64,000 nucleotides of DNA, from positions 62,001 through 126,000 of the forward strand of contig NIVC01001110.1 of the NCBI GenBank assembly GCA_002269645.1, read 5' to 3'. Within the stretch, counting starts at the first letter, position 1; every line of letters begins with the position of its first letter. The notes beneath the pieces are model-generated. The model made no database searches and had not been told where the DNA came from. It was given only the letters and a program-made list of their open reading frames with translations. Below are positions 13,136-24,600 of this stretch, one piece after another. The stretch comes from Macrostomum lignano. Its lineage: Eukaryota. The position numbers and the translations under genes were made by a program.

Positions 13136-14278
13136 ATGGATCCACTGACCGGTCAGCCAGCCAATCTGTGCTCCACCAACTGGAGCTTCGAAGAGAATGG
13201 AACCGCCGCTGATGCCGCGGCTTTCACCGCCGCCGGCTCCGTCTCGGTGCTCATCGCGGCAGCCGGCGCGGCCGCCAACTTCGCCGCTCTGGCAGCCTGG
13301 CGCGGCAGCGGCGGCCCCCGGTGCCGCCTGCACGCCGCCCTGGTGGCCAACCTCGCCCTCGCCGAGCTGATCCTCGCCCTTACCACTCCGCTGACCTGGC
13401 TGCGGAGCCGCCCGACCGTGGCAGCGCCTTCCGTCGCCGTCGCCCTCGCCCTGGACCTGATCCTCGGCTACGCCCAGTCAGCGCCAGCCCTGGCCGCCAT
13501 CGCCATCGCCCTGGACCGAGCGCGCCTCGCCTTCCGCCGGGGTCGCCCGTCTACATCGTCGATCGATGCGTCGACTCGCTCGCCGGCCTGCCGCCTGTGG
13601 CCGCTGCTCGTCGCTTCGCCGTGGTTGTTCAGCGCCGTCCTGCAGGTGCCAGTCGCCTGCGCTCTCAGCGCCGCTCTGGCCGACGTAGACGCCGCCGTCG
13701 TCCTTCGCCTGTGGCGCTGCCAGTGCCTGCTGTCCAGCTGCGAGTTCCTCGCCGCTTTATTCGCCCTCGCCGTCTGCAACTTCGTCATCGGGCGTCGAAT
13801 CGGGCGCGGCAGCAAGAGACTTCAGCCTCCTCATCTGCCCGGAGTCTGGGAGCTGCGCGTGCATCATCAGAGCCAGCTGCAGGGTGACTCCTCCCGTCGC
13901 CTGTTCTGCCGATTTTCCTCCTCGGCCGCCTCGTCATCCTACGCGGCAGCCAGCGCTGCTGGTGCGTCGTCTTCAACCGAGCCGCAGCGTCGGCAACTTC
14001 GTCGAGCCATGCGCGCCCTGGCGCTGCTGGTGCCGCTGTTCGCCGCCTGCCGAGCGCCTCTGGCGTCGTTTGCCTTCGCCGATTGGCTCAGAGGCAGCGC
14101 TGGCATCTTCTGTCCATCCAGCCTCCAGCTGGGTCGCCTGTACACTGAGCTGCTGACTCACCTGGCCAGCGTGCTGGAACCCCTGGTCTACGCTGATCGG
14201 CGTTGCACCGCGCGTGCCCGACGATGCTGCCTGGCTGGTGCTCAGCAACAGTCGCGCCCTACGCCTGCCGCTGTTTGA
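13136..14278 (+). CDS. Intronless, divergent rhodopsin-like (class A) 7TM GPCR, 380 aa, orphan
   Basis: Seven hydrophobic segments with recognisable but altered landmarks: TM2 NLALAEL, TM3 IAIALDRA, TM4 PWLFSAVLQVP, TM6 LFAACRAP, TM7 LEPLVYA. Codon usage is GC-rich like the other host exons. Confidence 0.8.
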   Translation: MDPLTGQPANLCSTNWSFEENGTAADAAAFTAAGSVSVLIAAAGAAANFAALAAWRGSGGPRCRLHAALVANLALAELILALTTPLTWLRSRPTVAAPSVAVALALDLILGYAQSAPALAAIAIALDRARLAFRRGRPSTSSIDASTRSPACRLWPLLVASPWLFSAVLQVPVACALSAALADVDAAVVLRLWRCQCLLSSCEFLAALFALAVCNFVIGRRIGRGSKRLQPPHLPGVWELRVHHQSQLQGDSSRRLFCRFSSSAASSSYAAASAAGASSSTEPQRRQLRRAMRALALLVPLFAACRAPLASFAFADWLRGSAGIFCPSSLQLGRLYTELLTHLASVLEPLVYADRRCTARARRCCLAGAQQQSRPTPAAV

Positions 14279-14545
14279 CTGTCACTCTCAATGGTGTGAC
14301 TGTCACTCTCAATGGTCTAACTGTCACTCTCAATGGTCTGACTGTCACTCTCAATGGTCAGACTGTCACTCTCAATGGTCTGACTGTCACTCTCAATGGT
14401 CTGACTGTCACTCTCAATGGTCTGAATGTCACTCTCAATTGTCTGATTGTCACCCCGATGGTCTGATTGTCACTCTCAAAGGTCTTATGTCACTCCCAAT
14501 GGTCTGACTGTCACTCTAAATGGTCTGACTGTCACTTTCAATTTC
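14275..14545. repeat. 21-bp minisatellite CTGACTGTCACTCTCAATGGT, starting at the GPCR stop codon
   Basis: Visible directly; degenerate copies continue to about 14860. Confidence 0.9.
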
Positions 14546-15639
14546 TGACCAAAGAAAGGACTTACTAAAAAGCGGCGTCTTCTAGAATTTATGCCATTCG
14601 TGAGTGTAAAATTCTGAGATGTTAAGTAGTCCTTGGGTCTGACGGTCACCCCCCAACGGTCTGACCGTCACTCTTTCCAGATTGACGATCAATCTTTCGA
14701 GTTTAAGTGTCTCTCTTACCGACATGACTGTCACTCCCAGCCGTTAGACTGGCACTCTCTGTTACTTTTTGGTGTGTCACTCTCCAGTGTGTCACTCTCC
14801 GATGTGTCACTCTTCGGTGTGTCACTCTCCGGTGTGTCACTCTCTCCGGGTTTGCTGTCACTTCCCCAGAGCTTAATATTTGACGACTTTTGTAGCTCCC
14901 GAAGCTGTAATAGTAATAAAAGTTATTTTAATCCAATTTTCTAAGAAACATCGCTCTGCATTCCACAAATCCTAACAATAGGATTATTTTCACATGATTA
15001 AATACTCGTTTCTCGAAGAGTTCCTGTTTACTCGCTTTTGCATTACTTTTTCATCACATTTTTTCTTCAATTTTTATCATAGATTTAAATCTCGGTTATA
15101 TTTTTTGCGACGTTTTGTAGTTTTGTTTAAAATGAGCTATACGCTCGTATAGTTACGCTATTTTTCTCTAGAATTTGCACTTTTAGCACTTTTGGAAAAT
15201 CGATTTGTTAATTAGAAATTGTTTCACTAATTTTTTCTAGTATACAATTTTTTAGATGCGATTACGTTTATTAGAACAATTTCTTAGAAATATTTTACGC
15301 CTAGATCTGAATTATTAATTTTATGTATACTATAAGCTAACTTTAAATTTAATTCAATAATGCTTAGATTGAATTTTACTAAACTTTATTTTTGTGACAT
15401 GGATCTTGCGTTGCAGTGTCAATCATTATCGATCTATTTTGGCTTTATAAATATTTTTAATTTACATCATCTGCGCTATATTGTTGTTAGAATTCTGTTT
15501 GTATTGCAATAGAATGCTTAGTCAAATATAATAGTTAAAAACATATGTTTAGCTGTATGTTTTAGTTATGTTTTGTGAAGCAAAAGATATTCAGAATTTG
15601 TCCAAGGGAACTTGGTTTGTCTTTTGCTATCTTTCAGTG

Positions 15640-16650
15640 TTCAGTTGGACTGAATTGCTGCATCTCTGATCCTTCAGTTGGACTGAATTGCTGTGCATCC
15701 CTGATCCTTCAGTTGGACTGAATTGCTGTGCATCCCTGATCCTTCAGTTGGACTGAATTGCTGCATCCCTGATCCTTCAGTTGGGCTGAATTGCTGCATC
15801 CCTGATCCTTCAGTTGGACTGAATTGCTGCATCTCTGATCCTTCAGTTGGACTGAATTGCTGCATCCCTGATCCTTCAGTTGGACTGAATTGCTGCATCC
15901 CTGATCCTTCAGTTGGACTGAATTGCTGCATCCCTGATCCTTCAGTTGGACTGAATTGCTGCATCCCTGATCCTTCAATTGGACTGAATTGCTGCATCCC
16001 TGATCCTTCAGTTGGACTGAATTGCTGCATCCCTGATCCTTCAGTTGGACTGAATTGCTACATGTAGCTGCATCCCTAATCCTTCAGTTGGACTGAATTG
16101 CTACATGTAGCTGCATCCCTAATCCTTCAGTTGGACTTGAGTTGCTGCATCCCTAATCCTTCAGTTGGACTGAATTGCTACATGTAGCTGCATCCCTAAT
16201 CCTTCAGTTGGACTGAATTGCTACATGTAGCTGCATCCCTAATCCTTCAGTTGGACTGAATTGCTGCATCCCTGATCCTTCAGTTGGACTGAATTGCTGC
16301 ATCCCTGATCCTTCAGTTGGACTGAATTGCTGCATCACTGATCCTTCAGTTGGACTGAATTGCTGCATCCCTGATCCTTCAGTTGGACTGAATTGCTACA
16401 TGTAGCTGCATCCCTAATCCTTCAGTTGGACTGAATTGCTGCATCCCTGATCCTTCAGTTGGACTGAATTGCTGCATCCCTGATCCTTCAGTTGGACTGA
16501 ATTGCTGCATCCCTGATCCTTCAGTTGGACTGAATTGCTGCATCCCTGATCCTTCAGTTGGACTGAATTGCTGCATCCCTGATCCTTCAGTTGGACTGAA
16601 TTGCTGCATCCCTGATCCTTCAGTTGGACTGAATTGCTGCATCCCTGATC
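15640..16650. repeat. 33-bp minisatellite TTCAGTTGGACTGAATTGCTGCATCCCTGATCC
   Basis: Visible directly; some units carry a CTACATGTAG or GT insertion. Confidence 0.95.
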
Positions 16651-18698
16651 CAAAAATTTTAGTCTATGGCAAAAGCCCTTACTGCACCACACCAGGATTA
16701 TCCAAGCCTGCCAATTTGAAACGCAAAAGTCTAAGTATTTTGCCTATTTATTAGCAGTTTCGAAGGCTTTTCTCTGCAAATGCAGATTGCTAAATAAAGC
16801 ACCTGCCACCTGGCTAACAGATTATGCAGATGAAGCAGAGTTATGCTTTATATTTAGATTTTCGTGTCTTGTCATAACCCGCAATTTGTTGCGACAAAAG
16901 AATTACGCCGAACTCCCTCGGGCAACGCAACAAAACAAAGAAGACGAATAAAAGTTGCAAAATTAGTGCTCAGCTGCCTCAGAGACAAGCAAAGTAATAA
17001 TAGCAGGCTGCAGCGACTTGTCTTTCCGTGTAATTGACGCTATTTAAACCCGAGCTGCTCTGCCGCCTCACGCTGCAGCCTCGCGAGCTCAATGCCGATC
17101 GGCCTCTGCAAAGCTGACTATCTTCTCGGCTGAGATTCTCGGCTAGTTGAGCGTGACCATTTATGGCAAAGACTGTCAAAGCCAAGTTCGGGGCTCATCT
17201 TATTCTGAACTCGTGCATGGAATTTAGTTCCATATTTGTCTCTCTGTGAGCCGTGCAGCTAGCAAGCCATGTAATTATTTAACTGCAATAGTTGACGCGT
17301 ATAAAAAGCGTAAATCGCATGTAACTCAAAATTTGCAGTGCCAAATATACTTCTCTGCAAATCACCGATGGACGACATATAGCACTTTTAATTAGCTGGA
17401 ATCACCATAAATTCATGTAATATACAGTGTAGTATATTTCCATTTATGGAATGCTTGAAGGAGTAAATTTTGACGGACGAAGATTATACTTTCGTATAAG
17501 ATGACCATATTTACATATACGAAATACCTATAATTCTTCCTGGCCTAAATTATTGAGCTCTTGCAATACTGAGATAGATCGAACTGAGTTATAGTGTTGT
17601 GTAGCTAAACGCTTACACTCAAAAGGCCTCGCTGGGTGCGCATCTTATACATGTACCCCAGTGCATACATGTATTTTGCACGTACAGATAGGGCTAGCTC
17701 TCTCGGATATCTCGGTATAGATCTCGGAAGGGTTCAGTCATTTTTTTGTTCGGTAAAATTTTACTTATATATTTTAACCCCATGCACATGTACAATGCAA
17801 GGACTTCTAGAAGTCTAGAAGTCCTTGGTACAATGCATCTTGATTAATCGTGTACACGAATAACCCGTTTAAAAACGAAGACCCAAGGGCCATCTGAAAT
17901 ATAAGTAAAGCTTTCAAGAAGCTTTCAAGATAGATCCTTACTCTAGCATGCGCAGGCACCTAGTTTGCACTCCGTGACCGCCATCCAGCCTATCCACTTC
18001 CCTCTGCTCGAGCACATATCCCAACGCGCACTCAATGAACTGGAAATCTGTGTTCTACCAGACAATAAATATACAGGCACAGCCTCATTCTATTTCTCCA
18101 CCTTTTTGAGTGGATAACTAACACTCGCAACAACCAGCTAGAGTAGTTGCTCGCTACACTTACGATAAAAATATTTAAATGAAAGATGATGAAGATGTCG
18201 TTTGCGCAAACTTTACAGCAACAAAGTAAAACAAAAAATATTTTACTCTTTTATAGAATAAAACGTTAAAAGTACATTTAGATATATTCTTTCGTTGAAA
18301 ATTATTGTTTAAAAGTAGAGAATACATACAAAACCAATTTTATGCTTCACATACGATGGATTTAAATTTGATAAAAACTTTCGAAATCGGCGCGACCGAC
18401 GTGACCTCGTTCATTCAATGGCCGATACAATACGTGAATTACCCTTACCTCCTGAGTGTATATTGTATAACAGCCACAACACAACTATCAGTATCATCTC
18501 TACTTATAATAGGCCTATCAATACCACTGCTACGTCTTAGGACCGCTGTCAGTCTCATATAACCAGTAGTTATATCTAACGCAGCATTTTTATATCGAAA
18601 ATAAGAAATTTCGATCTCTGGCTATTTTATTAGCTAGATAAAGTTGCTGTTGCTGGTATGATTTTCATCAATATGATTTTTTAAAACAATTTGTTTGC

Positions 18699-21600
18699 AT
18701 GTCCAAGAAAGCAATGAGTGAGATAGGTCCACCACAAAATTTTATCTATCCATTGGAAAAGATTCTAAATTGTGCAGGTGTTGTTCCTGGTGATGATGTT
18801 TTCACCCATGAAAGAGACATGTGTGCTAGAAGAAAAACAGCACAAATAATTCAGCAGATTGGTGTAGGTCTTAAATGGTAAGTAAGCAAGCATAAAATTA
18901 ACACAATGACAATATTTTATTTTTATTTGGTTTTGTTTTGTAGAAAAATAAGTTTGTTATGTATTCAATATTTTTATACAGTTGTTATTGTTACAATGAC
19001 TATTGAAATAGCACAATAGCAAAAAGGTAGCAATTTTTGGCACTATTGTTTGGCAAATATAAAAAACCTTTAGCATCATATTCAAAATCAAGCAACTATA
19101 TATAAAGAGGTTGATGGTCATTTCGTCTGCCGCCTTTTCGTCTGCCGCCTTTTCGTCTGCCAATATATGATATAGTTGTTTCGTCTGCCAATATATATAA
19201 TATATAAATCGGAATAACTAATTATGTCATCAAGCTTCGCATGGAAGTGTAATGTAAATGTCTTATTAATTTAAATTTTTTATAATGCTAGGATTTTTCT
19301 GAAAGTTCCGGAGCTAATATGTTGCATATAAATACACAAAGCCAGAAGCAAATATCTCCAACCATTTAGTTTCCTTCCAACTTTCTTTTTTTCGTGTATG
19401 TAAACTCATATGCAATTTATTCACGAATACAAGTAGCTTAAATGCACAAAGTGTAAAATGTAAGGAGCAATCGAAATTGTAGGCACAGAAAATGTAAACT
19501 CATATGCAATTTATTCACGAATACAAGTAGCTTAAATGCACAAAGTGTAAAATGTAAAATGTAAAAATGTAAAAATGTAAAAACGTCACAAAACAACTAA
19601 CATCACAAAGCAAAACGTCAAAAAACTGTTTTGGCAGTAATTCATCACAACAGACACTTGCCTAAGACAGCGCCACAGCACTGTTGCCACAGCGCTGTAG
19701 GAGCTCATAGCTGGTCAGCTTGCGAGCTGCATAGTCGGCCCAAGCAGCCTGTAGCGCCACATCGCGCCTGTGTCGGACATTATTGGTGCGTGGAGCAGGA
19801 ATAGGTGCCAGCTGTCGAATTTGTAGGCCCAAAATGCGGGCCTGTTCAGCCAGGACACCGATGAGGGCAAAAACGTTCATGCGGACACCAGCACACTTGC
19901 GCAGGCCCAAGTGCCATCCCTCAATGGCATTGTTCGTCCTGTCCATCTGTTGAAAGGCTGATAATGACTGCACAGACCAGACTGGGTGCGACAGCCATGT
20001 CTGGTCGACATAGTTGCACAGCTCCATTAAAGGCTGTGTCGTCGCCTGTGGTCGCAGTTGCTCGAAAGCTGCCTCCATCTGCCCCGATGGAAGGTAAGGC
20101 AGTGCCATCAGTTGGCGGCACAGCGTACGCGTGACAGGATCAGCAGCATAGGCTGGGATGAGGCCCAGTAGCCCGATACGACAGTAGATAGCTTGGCAGT
20201 AGTGGAAGACGCACCCGTTGACAGTGATGTTTGGGAACACTTCGCGCAATGCCTGCCATGCTGCAGCCTCGAAGTCAACCATGGCATGCGTCACACGTAC
20301 GTCACCAATGAGGTTCTTCAATGCAGAAAACACGGCCACATAGTCCGGCTTAGCACAACCAGACATGACGATGTAGGCCATTGGAACTATGCGCCGCACA
20401 CCTCTAACTTCAACAGCACTGTGAATGCTATAAAGCTGCACAAACGGCTCTTTCACAACACTAAAGGTGCCATCGAGGAACCATCGAGTGCAGCTTGACA
20501 GAGCCCTGAGCTGCTCATGGCTGGGGACCACAATGTGCCGCTTGCCTGTGCGAGCAACTGGCACATTGGCGTGTAGAAAAGGTTGTGGGATATCCTCTCC
20601 ATTGAGATCGAAATCCAGTGTTTGTGGGTGGCGACGCCGGTCCTTCTGTTGGAGGCGGTTGGCTTGATGTGCCAAATGCTCCAAATGTGGCGCTTGTACA
20701 CGAAACTCACCGGCACGGCTACTGACAACCTCCTCGGCGAGTGCTTTTGCTGATGTATACTTTGCTCTCTTAGCAGCCTGCTTCATTTCTAGAGCCACCT
20801 CCTTGCGCAGACCGCCATCTACGTTTGCCTCACATATGTGCCGCTTCCTTGGATGAAACGTGCCCCCTGGGGATTCTGTGACGCTGCCACTGCATTTAAT
20901 TGTGCTATTGCGAGTCACGCACTTCCAATACTTTGAACCCCCTTTTCCTCCATTGCATCCGAGGATGAATCCTTGCGAAGAGATCAGTAGATCCCCTCCG
21001 CGCTTGCTGGCGCCTGGTCGAAGGCTGAACATTTCAGCTTCAGCGGCAGCTTCAGCTTCAGCGGCAGCCTCAGCTTCAACAGCAGCTGCAGCTTCAGCGG
21101 CAGCTTCAGCGGCAGCTTCAGCTTCAGCGGCAGCTTCAGCTTCAGCGGCAGCTTCAGCTTCAGCGGCAGCTTCAGCAGCAGCTTCAGCGGCAGTCTCAGC
21201 TTCAGCGGCAGCCTCAGCTTCAGACTTACATTTACTACAGACATAAGTTATGTCCGTCTCAGTCATAAGCTGCCGATACTTAGTCAATGAAATGCCTGCA
21301 AGGTTAAAAGGTTAATCGCTTACTATTAATATACTATTATATATACAAAATACAAAAGTATACAAAAATACAAGTTTAAATACAAAACTATACAGCAAAA
21401 CTATATATTATACGTAGATACTAATATACGCATTGTTAACTTACCAGAATTGCATGTCCGATGCTGCCATTTGTTGCACAAGTCGCACAGTAGCGCATGT
21501 TGTCTGGGTCGTACAGTCTGTTTACAAATTACGCATGCGTCCATGGTGAAAAAAATTATTGATAACACCACTTTCTCAGAAAATAACTTCGCATCGATGC

Positions 21601-24600
21601 GTCGAAAGTATTATATAGGTTAGTTAGGTTTCGTAGAAAATGAAGAAAAACAAAATGTATCAATATAAATAGGAAAACATACTTAAAACTTGCTTATACC
21701 AATTTATTTTAATTCCCTACATAAAAATACTAAATAAGTGAACCAAAATAAACATAAATAAAAAAGTCGTTTTGTCTGCTAAAATTCTTTGGCAAACAAA
21801 AAGGCGGCAGACGAAACGACCACAGACCTATAAAGACACTAAAACAATTTCAAATGTTTCAAATTTCAATTTTTATTACTTATTCTATTAGAACCTCATG
21901 AAATAAAAACTTTAAGATCTTATTAGAAAAATTCTATCAAGCAGTAAAAAGTTATAGCAATTTTTTATATTTTAATTTTCAATGAGACTTGATATTCAAA
22001 AGTTTTTTTAAAGCAAAATTAGAGCTTTTTTGAATAAATACATTATAAGACAAAGCAAAATTTCAAAAAAGTGTAAATTAAATATTATAACTTTTTATTA
22101 TTAGACTAAATTTTATAAATGAAGATGTAGTAATGCTTTTATCATTCATTTGTAATATATTGAATAATAAAAACCTAAATTTTAAACTTAAAATCTCTTT
22201 TTCTTTGTTAAGTCATATGGCTAGTATAAATCAAGGGGTTGCATATCTACAAATTATACACAAATTATATAGCAAAATCAAAAAATCAGGGGCAAGTTTT
22301 TTGAATAACTTGTTTTTTAGTAATTTGAAAGCAATGAAGCTATAAAATAAATTTATTTGAGTTTTTAAGTTAGAACTTACTTACTACTAATGGGGGGCAC
22401 GGGCGCTACAAATAGGCTGCAAGGCCTATCGCAACCCCCAAGGTAAAAGAGCACAAGGATTAACCTTGGGGGTGTACCCAGTCCTTGCCAGTAGTTGGCA
22501 GGTTTGCAATGGAGGCATCGGCAACCCTTATCTAGCCAGAGTCCCAGATGAAGGCACAAAGGTCAGGGATATTGTCTGGGGTAATTAGCTCGTTCATCTG
22601 CTGGGGGTGGCCAAGGTATTTGTGCTGCACCTCATTGAAGTAGGGGCAGAAAGTGACATGATGCTCCGTGGTCTATACTCCTATGCCCATACATGCGCAA
22701 CAGTCAGCCAAGTCAGCCGATCTGGCTGACCAATTTGGTAGCCAACCAAGGAAGTCGCAAAAATGCCCACCCAAGAAAAACACTAAGTAGCTGACGAGGC
22801 ATTTTGGCTTAATAAGACAGTTATAGTTACTCCTGCCATTTACCCAAAGTTGCGTTAATTTTGCTTTAGGGTTTTTTTACATGTAAGTCGCATTTTTGGC
22901 CAAAAACTATGTTGCATTTTTGTTAAAACTAAGTTGCACGGCTGACCAAATTTTGGAGGTTGCGTATGTATGTCTATGCCACAGAAAGGCAAGTAGGAAG
23001 GAAACTGGTTTGCAACAAGATATGTTTCTAGAAGAATCCATGGCTGGTTAGGGCCATGCACATCTCCCTGAGTAATAAGATACTTAAAGTTAGAAACATC
23101 TATAAAAGTACAAACTATTCACATATAGCCCTATTCTTAATGAAATGATTTGTTAAAATGGTAAATTAAATTATAACTCAAATGACTCTAATAAAATGAT
23201 AGAAAAGCTCTAATAATGTTTTTAATAACTTTAAGTATCTTATAATATTACATTCTATATTGCTATAGCATATTTACCATTCTTTTTAAGGGTTTATTTG
23301 TTTATCACTTTTGTTACTATTGACAATGTGTATTTTGTAGAGTTCATTTGCAATAAGTACTATACTCAATATAAGTTTATTATTTAAGCATACAACTTCC
23401 CATAAGGATCAGAAAATTGCATTTTACTTAGTTTCTACTGAAGCAATTTGGAAAATTCTTTTTTCCTGCATACATGCTGCAATGATATATATTTAAGTGT
23501 AATTTCATTGTTCTTTGTCGCTTAATAAGCATACAGTAAGCATCTGATTTGGAAGCTGGGTAACACATTGGAATTCCCATAAGGATCAGAAAATTGAATT
23601 TTACTCAGCTTCTACTGAAGCAATTTGCAAAATTCTTTTTTTCCTGCATATATGCTGCAATGATATATATTAGTATCATTTCATTCTTCTTTGTCACCTC
23701 ATAAGCTTACAGGAAGCATTTGATTTGGATGCTAGTAGGTTCACATTTTATGGTTGAGATGCTCATTTAATAAATAATAGAGAAATGAAGGCCAACACCA
23801 ACATATAAGTAAATTATTATTATAGCCAATGCATTTCAACACAAGCAGTCATCTTCAGGGCTTGCACTCATGATTCACAATTCTATATATTTAAATCCTA
23901 TATACTAAAAATGAGTTGTCTGTGGGTAGGTAGGTAGGTAGGTATGCAATAGATTTCAGAAAAAATGGCTCAACAGATTTTCTTCAAACTTGCACCATTC
24001 GATCAGAAATTTTCCTGGGACGGTACATGCATCTTGGCTAAGAAATTGCTCAATGTTAAAGGGATTAAATATTCGAAAAACGTGCTTTTTTGCAAAGGTC
24101 AAGCAGCTCTTTCGACCTGAAATGCGTTGTAAGAATGCTAGAGAAAAAACTGACTGACTGAATTCCAATTGTGATAAGGATTGCATCACAACCAGTTGAA
24201 AACAGTGCCGAAGAAATGCACACAAAACTTGATTTAAATTGCGTAACCACATTGCTAACTTAAATTGAGACTGATACTGGCTGACTGAGAAATTGATTAT
24301 GTCATAAATTTTAACTCTAACCGATTTGCAATAAGAATTTAATTATAAGGGCCACAATTCAAGACAAGAGATACCATAGATGCGAACAGACTGGACTGCT
24401 AATGCTGCGACCTGGGTTCGAATCTTAGTAGTGCAAAAAGATTTTTTTATTCAAAAATCTTAAAAACACAAAATGCTAAACACAAAAAAGCACAATGTCA
24501 AACATTAAAGAGCCACCATGTCAAACATTAAAGAGCCACCATGTCGACCATTAAAGAGCCACCATGTCGACCATTAAAGAGCCACCATGTCGAACATTAA

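Noticed and set aside
15640-16650. 33-bp repeat with an internal hairpin (TTCAG-TTGGA-CTGAA), superficially CRISPR-like
   Set aside because: The units are contiguous with no unique spacers, there are no cas genes, and the context is eukaryotic.
24370-24435. tRNA gene
   Set aside because: No acceptor stem or D arm can be formed; kept only as a tRNA-like fragment.
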